A stretch of 64,000 bases of DNA from Eledone cirrhosa (GCA_964016885.1 CAXHJY010001034.1:20207-84206), one strand, 5' to 3'. Counted from the stretch's first letter, positions 25,301-42,025 are shown. A program made the numbers and translations. Notes: generated from the letters alone by a model not told the origin.

Positions 25301-27330
25301 TACATCGTAGCCGCCGAAGGTCGGTGCGAAGGCTCGTGCTTGGGAGATTCTGGTCTCGCTGATGGCCATCACATCTATGTTTAGTGATCTGAGGTCGTTG
25401 AGCAGCCCTGCTTCCATGACGACCCCAGGCCACGCGCATTTATGCTGCCTATTCTGAGTAATGTCATGTTGAAAAGGAGTGGAAAAAGATGGGAAAGACC
25501 ACTTACCTCTTCTTGTGGAGAAAGGATGGTTTTTCCGTCCTTCTCACTGCTTGTGGCCCCCTTCGGAAGGATGTCTTTATAAATCCTCCTGGAGAGTGTT
25601 TGTCGGAAGTCTCCGATGTCCTTGGGGAATTTTAATTTTAGTGTCGTGTACGTTTTCTGTGTGATGCGAGTGATTTGTATGTGTGGAGGTGGTGTGAATT
25701 TTTTGGGTGTTGTATAGTCTTTTTCTGTGATGCTGGTGTTGTGTTAGATGTAGTGTAATAATTGGTTGTTCAAATTTAATGCTGTGTAGTGTGTATCGTT
25801 TTGATTGCTTTGTTTTGTTTGCGTTTGTTGTCAGTTTGTTTGTTTCGCATGGTGGTGATGGGGCTGGTGATGCTGGTGTGGGTGGTGACATAGCTGTCTT
25901 AACTTTTTTGTTAGCTTGTTTGTTTGTTTCGCCCTGCATTTTGTTTTCGGGGGGCTAAGGAAGAGGATTTTTTCTTTTGTGGTTTCTTTTTTTTTTCTTT
26001 TTTCCAAATACAGTTTCCCACTCCTCTTCGTCGTCACAATCTGTCTCCAGTTGCGATAGGTCGGGGAGTGGAAAATCCTCCACAAGCGTTGGTTTGGGTT
26101 GTGGCGTGGTGGAGGCGCTGGTGCTAATTCTGGCACGGTGGGTGGTGGTGGTGTTGGTTTTGCTACTGTTGCTGCTACAGTTGCTGGGGTTGTTGCTGCT
26201 ACAGTTGCTTCTGTTGTTGCTGCTACAGTTGTTGCTGCCATTTCTGCTGCTGGTTTTGATGGTTGAGTCACTGGGGTGGGTAGGAGAGGGGGCCTCAACT
26301 TTTTAGCCTGAGAGCAGAAAGCCTTTAGGAGGGTTCCTTCGCCACAAACGACACACCTAGGCCTTCTTCCCTCAACGATTACGGTGAGGTGGCTGCCGTC
26401 ATTGAGGTCTATCACCTCTGGAATTTCCTGTATGTTTCTTTGGTCCGCTTGGATCAGGAGCTCCATCCCAGATTCGGACCAGTTCTCCTGCTTTACTTTT
26501 ATCACCTCAATTACTTTAGTGTCGGCCTCGATGTCGGCGAGGACGGCAGCCATTAGCCAGGGAATTTCAATGGCCGGCGGAACCTGGGTCACCCTGATCC
26601 TTACCAGCCTCTGACCACAATAGCTTGGGACGAGTGTGAACTCGTCACTTTTTAATGAGGCCATGGAGTGCTCTCTGGCTTCCTGTCGGGTTTCAAAGAA
26701 CACGTCCACGGTTCCATATTTTTGCCCATTTCTGATGTGAGTTTTTTGAGCCCACACATGTCAAAGCTTTTTGTATCTGGGAGTCGGATGCCCGTTCCAC
26801 TCGGATGCCCGTTCTACTCAGATGCCCGCGTTTTAATGTTTATCGTGCGATATGACACAGTGCATAGGCGCCGATGCTCCATGGTATTAGATGGGAGTGT
26901 GAGGCTGGCCCTGTAACCATATGTTTTTAACATTCGCCTGGCTTCATTCAATTCTTCCTGGCTAACCTCAACCGTTTCATTTTTTGCCGCTTTAGCAAAC
27001 GACACATTTGGTTTTGCGCTGGTGTTGATGTTGTTGTTGTTATTCTTATTGTTGCTGTTGTTGTTATTCTTATTTTTGTTATTATTATTTTTAGTTTCAG
27101 TTGTGGTGGTGGTGGTGGTGTCAGTGGCGTAAGGCGTGGAAGAGTCGATTTTAGGAGAATCCATTTCGATATCATGAGATAGTAATTTATTTCTTGTTTT
27201 AGTTGTTGCTGTGGTGGTATCAGTGGTGTTGGTTGTTCTTTTTGACATTGTGGTGGGGATGGCGGCTTTAACACCCGTGGGCATTGGTAATGGCGGGAAA
27301 TCTATGTCTGTATGCGGCAAATCTAAATAA
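22350..27330 (-). mobile_element. Near full-length decayed L1/Tx1-like LINE: ORF1 ~25831-27320, ORF2 ~22507-25467
   Basis: ORF1 with a degenerate zinc knuckle (CVVCGEGTLLKAFC); ORF2 APE endonuclease (SINARGL, ISET, VYAP), NFRPITLLN, LDQSKAFDRVDH, RQGCPLS, AYADD; T-rich 3'UTR; internal deletion near 24790. Confidence 0.88.
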
Positions 27331-27356
27331 TTGAGACTGCTATTAATTATATTTTC

Positions 27357-27928
27357 AGTGTTGGCAACCGTGGCAAGGTTTACACTCTATCTGAGCAATA
27401 AAGGAGCTAGTATCCTGTGGGCACTTACTACTTATTGCACCTGAGCATCGGCCACATATAAAATCTACGTTCTTAGATAGCTTACCTGTAATTCCACTAC
27501 ATCTTTTATGTACCCATAGTTTGCATTTGGGACATGAAATGGAATTTCTGCCTACTCCTTTCCTACACACAGAGCATGGCTATTTCCAAAAGGGTACCTT
27601 TCTACATACTAGAACTTTGGTCTTAGACAAATTAACTTTAAAGCCTTTTGATTCTAGGCTATGCTTCCATGTTTGGAATTTCTTCTCTAGTTCAGCCATA
27701 GTTTCAGCTATGAGCGTTAGATCATCTGCATATAGAAGTTCCCATGGGCAGCCGGTCTTAAACACCTCTGTTATAACCTGAAGGCAATAATAAATATGAG
27801 GGGGCTAAGGACAGAGCCTTGATGAACACCAACTTTTACGCTAAGTTCTTCACTATATTCATTGTTAATTCTAACCTTACTGACTGTATCTTTATACACA
27901 AACCCAAACTGCATTTCATCTAGATCAA
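27357..27928 (-). mobile_element. RTE (PHD-type) internal fragment
   Basis: QFGFV, QGSVLSP, LLYADDL, CRKGVGRNSISCPKCKLWVHKRC...CGRC. Confidence 0.88.
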
Positions 27929-27929
27929 T

Positions 27930-28508
27930 TCGAGTCCGTGTAGTTTGTGACATATCATTCCGTGGTCGACCTTGTCAAAGGCCTTCGCAAAGTCAAGATA
28001 TATCACGTCCACATGTGAGCTGTCGAGCAGTTGTTTCAGTACCCAGTCGTAATGATGTAGCAGCTGTGTAAGGCAGCTTCTTTCTGGGCGGAAGCTATGC
28101 TGCGTGTTAGTCAGGCGGTCATTTTCCTCGAGGAAAGTGATCAGTTTCTTTCTGACGATTCGCTCCATGACCTTACTGATATGCGACGTCAGGGAGACTG
28201 GCCTATAGTTTTTGGCCTCCGCTCTGCTACCTCCTTTATGGATAGGGCATATTGTGCCTTCTTTCAGCTCTCTGGGTAGTACACCGCTAGCCAAGGAGCT
28301 TCTGAAGAGCGTCTTCAGTGGAGTTGCTAAGACCCGCTTACATGTTTTTAAGAGGACTGCTGGGAATGAATCAGGTCCAGCAGCCGAGTCTGTTCTAATT
28401 TCATCAATGGCGTACACCACATTCTCCTCCGGTATGTCTATGTGGTTGATGGTTGCCATTTCTTCATGTAGTGTTGTGGCATCAACGAACTCCTCTGGCT
28501 TTGTTATT
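27930..28508 (-). mobile_element. CR1-clade LINE RT fragment
   Basis: [43 protein letters not shown]. Confidence 0.88.
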
Positions 28509-28509
28509 T

Positions 28510-29940
<1,431 letters not shown>

Positions 29941-29943
29941 ACA

Positions 29944-30018
29944 GCTTGTCTGATGATGTCACGACACTCGCACACAGAACAGTGTGGCCAGTGTCGTCAC
30001 TGAAATATATATCACAGC
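29944..30018 (+). ncRNA. Type I hammerhead ribozyme in a ~200-bp solo pLTR (29941-30144)
   Basis: GCtTGT-CTGATGA-t-GTcACGACACTcgCACAC(agaaca)GTGTGgccAGTGTCGTcACt-GAAA-tatata-TC-ACAGC; palindromic stem III, AUC triplet. Confidence 0.75.
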
Positions 30019-30221
30019 ATTATTATTAAAGAAATTCAACATCTGAAACTACTTCGCTTTTCCTTATTCGATATTTACAACGTCACTCCTATGTGGAAAA
30101 AGTACGTTGAGTGCTTGATTGAATTGTATCAATGTTTACCCTAATATATATATACATATATATATATATATAGATACATACATATATATATATAGATACA
30201 TACATATATATATATATATAG

Positions 30222-30259
<38 letters not shown>

Positions 30260-30260
<1 letters not shown>

Positions 30261-30704
30261 TAAAATATTAAACAAATAATGAATAAAACAATGAAACAGT
30301 TCCTTATATTAAACAAAAAAAGTTCATTATTTAACGATCGTTTCTAGGATATATATATTATTTCTGAAGACGGCGTATATGTGTGTTTGGTATGTATATT
30401 TAATCTTGATAGTTTGTATAATTTTGTATAATTTTGTACATAGATCTGTTGAATATGCATGCCAATTCTAACACATATATATCCTAGAAACGATCGTTAA
30501 ATAATGAACTTTTTTTGTTTAATATAAGGAACTGTTTCATTGTTTTATTCATTATTTGTTTAATATTTTATCTTGACTCTGTATACCGTTTATCTTTCAC
30601 CGAAAGTGATTTTTCATTACATCTCTTCTTTCCATGATATCCGGAATACATTGAGTTCTTCATACGGATTGGACACTACCGTAAACTCTTGGTAGATTTA
30701 TCTA

Positions 30705-30705
<1 letters not shown>
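30260..30705 (+). mobile_element. PLE pLTR with fold-back (arms 30260-30356 / 30475-30571)
   Basis: Perfect inverted arms; the same 3' end recurs at 42404-42593 and 55168-55224. Confidence 0.75.
30357..30505 (+). ncRNA. Type I hammerhead ribozyme with extended stem II
   Basis: ATTATTT-CTGAAGA-cGG..TATATGTGT..TTGG..TATGTATATT / AATATGCATG..CCAA..ACACATATA..CCta-GAAAC(gatc)GTT-AAATAAT. Confidence 0.72.
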
Positions 30706-33258
<2,553 letters not shown>

Positions 33259-33261
33259 ATA

Positions 33262-36200
33262 AGTTTCTTTTATTTGCCACTAGGGCATCAAAAGTGGGAC
33301 AAGTACAAAGGGGGGAGTTTACACAAAAAGGCGTCCTCAATAAGGAGGAGGCAATAACAAAATATAAAAATAAAATAAGATATAACAAAAAATTAAATTT
33401 TTAACAAAATCCTCAATAGAGAGGAGGCGCCTTGGGGGGTCGCACACACCCCCGAAAAAAGTGTGCAACCCTTTTCCTCAGGAGCACAGAGAGGGGGTGC
33501 TCCCTCGTTCCTTCCTCTTTTCCACCTACAGGCTTATGTAAAGAGAAGGCCCATTCACACGGGCCATTCTCGCCACTTTCACCCACCTTTCATAAAAACG
33601 ACTGGGGTGCAGCACCTCTCTCTCCATCCTGATCCTTCTTCCGAAATGATATCGGAAGAAACGGACCAGTTGTTGGCCAGAGAGAAAGGTGCCTGACCTC
33701 AGTCCTTTCAGACGCGTCCACCATACAACCTCTTTCGCCATGGCTATTACGCACAGAAACACCGCCTCTGCTTCATCTTTGAAGGGGGGAGGCGGCTTGA
33801 TCATTACAATAGACTCGGTGGTCAACCGGATCGGTCCCACCCTTGACAGCAGTTGTTCGACATAGCCCCACAGATCGGCTACGCCCGAGCAGTGTACCAA
33901 TGCGTGTGCAACGGTTTCCTCGTCGCACACGCATCTGGGACAGATCTTTTTGGCGGGGTCCCTACCCGGGCGCCCGTGTCTGTAGAGCCTTTCTCGAACG
34001 GGTAAAGCCCCTCGGTAGCACTGCCAGGCCAGGGACTTCTGGAAGTTGTCCATAGGTCCCGGGCTGAATGTCCTACCGAACAGGCTGGCCAGTTCGTCCT
34101 CCTCCATGTCTAGGGCTTCTCCGAGGGCGTCGTCGCACCTGCTGCGTACCAGCCCTCTATAGAATGTTGCGGTGGAGTCTCCACTGATAACCGGATCCGC
34201 CTGCCAGAGGGCGGTGAGCACCTGGGCACACTCAGTGTGCCAGGCGCCCAGTTTTCTCGGTCTTTGCTTGACCCAGGATTGCAGCTCGGTGAGTGAGACG
34301 AGTCTGGGAAAGGTTCGTCTCACAAACGAGGCCCACACCGGTTGTCCGGTGAGGAATACGTAGAGGTGCCGTAGCCTTAATGCGTGTTTACGCATCATTA
34401 GCCACGGCATCCCCAGCCCTCCTTTCGAAGGGTGTTGACAGCAGATGGATCTCCTCACCATAGGAGCCCGCCTCTTCCAAAGGAATTGGAAGAGCGCGCG
34501 CTCCATCTTGGTGAGGGTTTCCCTTGGGCAGGGCACTACGGTCAGGCGGTAGTAGATGACGGACGCTATATAAGTGTTCGCCACCTCCGCCCGACCTTTC
34601 AGGGATAGTTTGCAACTGGCCCACTTCTGGGTCAGTGCAAACACCCTGTTCGTAACCTCCGCCCAGTTTTTCTCCACCTGGAGGTCCGGTCCGAACCAGA
34701 CCCCGAGCAACTTCACCGGGCCCTCCGTCCAGCGTCCGACGACGCCATCGGAGGGCATCGGTCTGCCCCTCCACGTGCCGAGTTGCAAACCGATCGACTT
34801 GTCCCGGTTCAGCTTAGCCCCTGTGAACTTTTCGTACTCCTCCAGTAAGGTGCCGACCGCCTCGATTTCGGAGGCCGTCGACACCATTACTGTCACATCA
34901 TCGGCGTAGGCTGACACCGCTTTCCGCAATCCCGGTTCCAAAGGGATGCCCTGCAACAACTCCAACTTCCGCAGTAGTGGCTCGAGAGTCAACACATACA
35001 GAAGGGAGGAGAGAGGGCACCCTTGTCGGATGGACCGCGCGATTTTGAACGGCTCCGAGAGGTAGCCGTTCACCTTGACCCTAGAGCAGATGCGGCTGCT
35101 GTGCATAGCAGTGATCCAGCCCCTGAAAACGGGTCCGAAGCCTGCCGCCGCTAGCACCGCATCCAGGTAACCATGGTCGACCCTATCGAACGCCTTTGAT
35201 TGATCCAAGTTGATCAGAGCCCCACCAAAGCCGGGTTCGTTCCCAACCCTCTCTATGATGTATCGCATGAGGTGGAGGTTGTCATGGATGGTCCTGGACG
35301 GGATAGCGCATGTCTGCGCATCTCCCACCAGGTTGCCCACGACAAGCGCCAACCTCTTTGCTAGCACATTGGCCAAAATCTGTAACTCTGTATTTAGCAG
35401 AGTTATGGGCCTGAAGTTACTTATTTCGTCCCCCTTGTTCTCGTCCTTCCTCACTAGCGTGACTACACCCTTGGTCACAGTACAGGGAATTCTCCCGTTC
35501 TGTTGCCAGTTGCAGTAGACCGCCTCGAGGAGATCGGGGAACAAGTCCGGCATAGCTAGATATAATTCGTAAGGAAGACCATCGAGACCCGGGGATTTGC
35601 GTTTGCCGCATTGGCTCAGCACGTCCTCTATCTCAGCGGCCGAAATCGGCTCCTCGCAGGACTTCGCCTCCCTGTCCGAGAGGCGCGGCAGGCCGTCGAG
35701 GTATGGACCGAAGTCCACGTTCCCAACCGGCTCCCCGCCCCTCCCGAACAGTCGGGCAAAGTGCCTTTGAAAGGCCTCACACATCTGCTTAGGCTCAAGA
35801 ATCGCCCGTCCATCCAGGTCTCGCAAAGACCGGATGGTGGATTTAGTTCCACTGTTGGCCTCTGTCACGCGGGCCCAGCTAACAGCTTTGGCCCCCTCGT
35901 TCCCTAGAGCACGTATTTTACTTCGGACAACGCAGCCTTCGTGCTTCGCGTCGAAAAACTGGCTCAAAGCCGTTCTCGACGCTAGCACTCTGGCCACGTC
36001 GCCGCTTCTAATTGCCTCTTCTACTCTATCTATTAGCTCCCTTTCCTTCCTATTCCTATCCGCAGCTAGAACCTTACTAAATTCAATCGAGACTACTCTA
36101 ATCTCTCTCTTTAGAGATACCCACCACCTGCTGTTGACGATCGCTCCAGTCAACCGTTCCTTAACTAACGTACTAATCCGATTCCTGTAGGCTCTACTTG

Positions 36201-36731
36201 CCGGCAAGGACAAGTTGAGCTTCCAGTAACCGGGGCCCTGTCTATGAGTTCTGTCAAGGTTGACCATGCAGGTCACTAATTTGTGGTCTGAATAGCCAAC
36301 CATGCGCATTTTTGGACAACTTAAAAAGTCCTTATCCTTAATTCTAACTAAGAACCTATCTAGGTACGACCTAGATGATCCGCTACGATTTGCCCAAGTC
36401 CAGGTTGGCGCAGTCGGAAAGTGGCGAGAATGGCCCGTGTGAATGGGCCTTCTCTTTACATAAGCCTGTAGGTGGAAAAGAGGAAGGAACAAGGGAGCAC
36501 CCCCTCTCTGTGCTCCTGAGGAAAAGGGTTGCACACTTTTTTCGGGGGTGTGTGCGACCCCCCAAGGCGCCTCCTCTCTATTGAGGATTTTGTTAAAAAT
36601 TTAATTTTTTGTTATATCTTATTTTATTTTTATATTTTGTTATTGCCTCCTCCTTATTGAGGACGCCTTTTTGTGTAAACTCCCCCCTTTGTACTTGTCC
36701 CACTTTTGATGCCCTAGTGGCAAATAAAAGA

Positions 36732-36734
<3 letters not shown>
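33262..36734 (-). mobile_element. Young 5'-truncated L1/Tx1-like LINE with an inverted duplicate of its 3' end
   Basis: Open ORF2; arms ~33263-33580 / 36417-36734; AATAAA just before each TA junction. Confidence 0.92.
33526..36420 (-). CDS. L1/Tx1-like ORF2 (endonuclease C-terminal part, RT, Cys/His C-terminal domain), 5'-truncated
   Basis: SYLDRF, SDH, WKLN, SPGLDGLP, NFRPITLLN, LDQSKAFDRVDH, RQGCPLS, AYADDV, CPRC..EETVAHALVHC; the first ~38 aa of the tracked ORF come from the inverted arm. Confidence 0.9.
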   Translation of the reverse strand, partial: FPTAPTWTWANRSGSSRSYLDRFLVRIKDKDFLSCPKMRMVGYSDHKLVTCMVNLDRTHRQGPGYWKLNLSLPASRAYRNRISTLVKERLTGAIVNSRWWVSLKREIRVVSIEFSKVLAADRNRKERELIDRVEEAIRSGDVARVLASRTALSQFFDAKHEGCVVRSKIRALGNEGAKAVSWARVTEANSGTKSTIRSLRDLDGRAILEPKQMCEAFQRHFARLFGRGGEPVGNVDFGPYLDGLPRLSDREAKSCEEPISAAEIEDVLSQCGKRKSPGLDGLPYELYLAMPDLFPDLLEAVYCNWQQNGRIPCTVTKGVVTLVRKDENKGDEISNFRPITLLNTELQILANVLAKRLALVVGNLVGDAQTCAIPSRTIHDNLHLMRYIIERVGNEPGFGGALINLDQSKAFDRVDHGYLDAVLAAAGFGPVFRGWITAMHSSRICSRVKVNGYLSEPFKIARSIRQGCPLSSLLYVLTLEPLLRKLELLQGIPLEPGLRKAVSAYADDVTVMVSTASEIEAVGTLLEEYEKFTGAKLNRDKSIGLQLGTWRGRPMPSDGVVGRWTEGPVKLLGVWFGPDLQVEKNWAEVTNRVFALTQKWASCKLSLKGRAEVANTYIASVIYYRLTVVPCPRETLTKMERALFQFLWKRRAPMVRRSICCQHPSKGGLGMPWLMMRKHALRLRHLYVFLTGQPVWASFVRRTFPRLVSLTELQSWVKQRPRKLGAWHTECAQVLTALWQADPVISGDSTATFYRGLVRSRCDDALGEALDMEEDELASLFGRTFSPGPMDNFQKSLAWQCYRGALPVRERLYRHGRPGRDPAKKICPRCVCDEETVAHALVHCSGVADLWGYVEQLLSRVGPIRLTTESIVMIKPPPPFKDEAEAVFLCVIAMAKEVVWWTRLKGLRSGTFLSGQQLVRFFRYHFGRRIRMEREVLHPSRFYERWVKVARMARVNGPSLYISL

Positions 36735-36785
<51 letters not shown>

Positions 36786-36848
36786 TACATACATATATAT
36801 ATACATATATAGATACATACATATATATATACATATATATATATATAC

Positions 36849-36881
<33 letters not shown>

Positions 36882-36914
36882 CATATATATATACATATAT
36901 ACATATATATATAC

Positions 36915-36952
<38 letters not shown>

Positions 36953-37002
36953 ATACATATATATATACATATATATATATATACATACATATATATAAAT
37001 AC

Positions 37003-37043
<41 letters not shown>

Positions 37044-37090
37044 CATATATATAAATACATATATATAAATATATATATATATATACATAC

Positions 37091-37143
<53 letters not shown>

Positions 37144-37146
<3 letters not shown>

Positions 37147-37749
37147 GGTGGCTGCCAACTCGTTTTCGAGTACGGCCACTACTTTATATCCATGTAGGAG
37201 AACCCCTACCGATGCGCTGAACGAATGTGACTTTTTAATCCAGCCAGCGACTTGAAATCTCTGGTACAAAGACTACACTTGTGACCATTATTGACACATA
37301 GTGCAGGGCCCATGGTACCATGTGATGACAAGTGCAGAGAGATCTCCAGATATAAAGCAATGCCTGTGCTGTGAAGCTTTTATAGTGAGCAAAGGCACTG
37401 CACAAAGCCAGTCCCACTCTCTTAACCAAGATGATATTTACCAAAAAGAAGAACAAGTCAACATCATTGGATACCATCAGGGTTGCAGGTGTTATATCAG
37501 AGTTTTCCTTCTCCTAGAATTCTGCCTTGACAAAGGGGTCATCTCTCCCGGTGATTTTGGATGGCTATTGACTCTTAAGAGCTCCCTTGCCCTTTGACAG
37601 GTTTTGTTTTTAGTCCTGCAGGATGTCCAAAATCACCCTTCTCACCAAGAAACCTTGGTGGGGTTGCCAGTTTAGTCGCCAACGACCCGACCATGAGACA
37701 GGTTGTACTGGGATACATGATACCAGTAGCACCAACTGGTGACCTGACA
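37144..37749 (-). mobile_element. Dispersed copy of the ~610-bp non-autonomous RTE derivative
   Basis: Same boundaries and high similarity to the units at 13675-15565. Confidence 0.8.
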
Positions 37750-37754
37750 TATAT

Positions 37755-37793
<39 letters not shown>

Positions 37794-37877
37794 CATATGA
37801 TGGCTGCCCCCTCGTTATTGAGTATGGCCATTGCACGAGGAGAAAAAAAAATTAATAAATAAATAAAAAAAAAAAAG

Positions 37878-37936
<59 letters not shown>

Positions 37937-39656
37937 CATACACATATACATACACATATACACACACACACATATATACACACACACATACATTAATAAC
38001 AATAATAATAACGACAACAACAATAATAATATACATATACATATATATATACACATACACGCACACACATAAACATATCTATACACACACACACACACAC
38101 ACACGCAACTAACAGCGCTGCGATCGAATGTGGCTTTTTAACCCAGCCAATGATCTAAAATGTCTTGCACAAAGTCGGCAACCAAAACATTCACTGGGAA
38201 TAGTCGGCTGTGGTTGGAGTTCGTGCACTTTTGCATGTCGCTTGAGCCCTCCTGTTGATTTACATTCTCTACCACATGTTTGGCAAGCATGATGAGTAGC
38301 ATCTCCAACAGCAGCCTGGTAGTCAACCACTGGTCTCACTTTATGACTGCGAAGATGACTTTTGAGTCCAGCTTTGCTTAGGCAGAGTCTCGCACAGACG
38401 CTGCATGTCAGCACCATAGGAGGACCCTCGCCGTCTGGAAGTGCAACAGCAATGCCCTTCCTCACATCCGGCTTTACTTTCTCGTATGCGATTCGAGATG
38501 CCTCAAAGGCAATTTTTCCCTCATATACAGCCTTTCTCCATTTATTACGATCAGCAGCAATATTTTCCCATGTATCAGCAGAGATGTTAGCGTCTCTCAG
38601 AGAGGCTTTCAAGGAATCCTTATACCTCTTTTTTAGTTTATGTGGCGGTCGTTTTCCTTTAACCAACTCTCCATAAAGGAGTTGTTTTGGTATTCTAGAA
38701 TCCTTCATCCTGACAAGGTGACCACTCCAACGGAGTCATTGCTTAAGCACAAGAGCTTCTATACTGTCACACATAGAGCTTTCCAAAATCTCGACATCAC
38801 TGATGTGGTCCCTCCAATGAACGCCATGGATCCGTCTGAGACACATCTGATGGAAACGCTCCAATTGCTTAATGCATTCGCATTAATTTTCAAATGTCAT
38901 GATTATCTGTTCGCATTATTTTGAGTTAATCAAACTCAAGAGGGTTATCAATTTTATTTGTTTGTAATTTTCTTAATTTTCTATGTGCAGGCTTGAAATT
39001 TTGTCAGATGTTTAAGGTGGTGTCGATATGTGACCCAGGTCTCGCAGGCATAAAGAAGACAAGAGAGCACACATGCCCTGTACACCTTTACCTTTGTCCT
39101 CCTGCATATGTCTCGCCGACCCCAGAGTCGCCTTTCTAGCTTTCCGAAAGCATCACTTGCTTTCCTAATCCTAAGTGAGATTTCACTATCAAGGTTGCTG
39201 TATCGATTGACAGTGCTTCCCAGGTAGACAAACTGATCAACCACTCCAAGTCGTTTGCCATACACATAGATGTTTGGTTCAGTGTACTGTTTACCAGGGG
39301 CAGGTTGGTACATGACGACGGTTTTCTTGAGACTGACAGTCAATCCTAGAGCAGTACAAGCGTCAGAAAATGCATTCAAAATGTCCTGCATATCACTCTC
39401 TGTGTACGCTACAAGATCGCAATCATCTGCATACAAGAGGTCTCTTATGATTGATGTAAATACTTTTGTCTTCGCAGCAAAGCGCCTGACGTTAAATATG
39501 CTGCCTGAGGTTCGATATTGGATGTAAACACCATGCTCGCAATTCCTGAATGCAATACAGAAAACCATTGCAAAGTATATGGCAAACAGGGTCGGTGCTG
39601 GAATATCCCCCTGTTTCACTCCATTTTTTACTGAGATAGGCTCCGACATGTTACCA

Positions 39657-39657
<1 letters not shown>
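37794..39657 (-). mobile_element. RTE LINE 3' half (same family as 20040-22348) with three C2H2 fingers and a 3' tail at 37794-37842
   Basis: [27 protein letters not shown]2H2 x3; microsatellite in the 3'UTR; ~140-bp insertion at ~38870-39008. Confidence 0.9.
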
Positions 39658-40745
<1,088 letters not shown>

Positions 40746-41369
40746 TTTTTTTTTTTTGAAAGTGTTCGTTGTAAGAAACGAGAAACATATATATATATAT
40801 CGTGAAATGCGACAGTTAGTTGATGCGTGAGAGAAAAAGTCTGTCTGAACGCGAATTTCACATCTGCGTGGTGTGTTCGTTTCTTTGACCGAGTATTTTC
40901 ATAGTTTGTCAATAAATTTGCTGTGTATTCGTAATGTTACTCACACACCACCAGATTCTGCTATTTTTTTCTTTTTTCGGGGTGACCACTTATAACAATG
41001 AACGGCTGCGTGTTGGTATCACGTCAGGGTTACCAATATGGTGAAGATACTGGGTTGTATGAATGTAACAAGGAGACATGGTTTGTGTGTATAATATTTA
41101 ATCAACAATTTAACAGTATAGTTGACATGTCAATGAATAAACGAAAGAATGAAGCAAAGTTAGTAGTTACCGTTTTGATTGCCAGGCAAACGCTGCTGGC
41201 AGAAGACGCCTGGCAAAGGCCAGGCGCCGGAAAGGCAAATGAGAGAGTGAGAACTTAAAGTTGTTAGTTTTATAGGGTTCTGACCGGAAGTTACAGAAAG
41301 GGTTCTACTTCCCGTCTAGATGTTGTTAATCTATTGGGGTTGTGAGTCACAACAAGGGAGGCCACTGCT

Positions 41370-41407
<38 letters not shown>

Positions 41408-41531
41408 GTAAGAAACACAGTAAACCGTGTGTCTAAAATTACAAGGGTTGAAAAACCACATTTGTTTGAAATATTTAACCAAGAAGCAGACAGAATGATA
41501 AAATATACAAACCGCCTCAATAACCATTATA

Positions 41532-41611
41532 TCTCTCGGACAGATTATCCCTAATCTGTTTCGCCCTGAGTGTGTTTGTAACAGATAATCCTGGGCTTCA
41601 TCAGCGAGAGA
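41532..41611 (-). ncRNA. Canonical full-stem type I hammerhead ribozyme in a ~360-bp solo pLTR-like unit (41408-41765)
   Basis: TCTCTCG-CTGATGA-a-GCCC...GGGC-GAAA-CAGATTA(ggga)TAATCTG-TC-CGAGAGA; GUC triplet, cut predicted between 41539 and 41538. Confidence 0.9.
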
Positions 41612-41788
41612 ATCTGATTAAATGCCACAAACACTATTTGCCAACGTTCACACAGAAAGATGAATTTGTCACCTCGTGCGCCGCTAGTCAAACGTGGTAA
41701 GCGTGTATTGAATAGAAATAACAGTCAAACACACACAACTTAATAAGCTAAACTCTAATTTTCATTATACATATATATATGTATATAC

Positions 41789-41829
<41 letters not shown>

Positions 41830-41934
41830 CATTTATATATATACATATATATATACATATATATATATACATATATATATATACATATATATACATTTAT
41901 ATATATACATATATATATACATATATATATATAC

Positions 41935-41979
<45 letters not shown>

Positions 41980-41980
41980 C

Positions 41981-42025
<45 letters not shown>

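Noticed and set aside
36421-36534. N-terminus and start codon of the 1002-aa ORF
   Set aside because: Derived from the antisense of the inverted 3' arm; a chance in-frame fusion.
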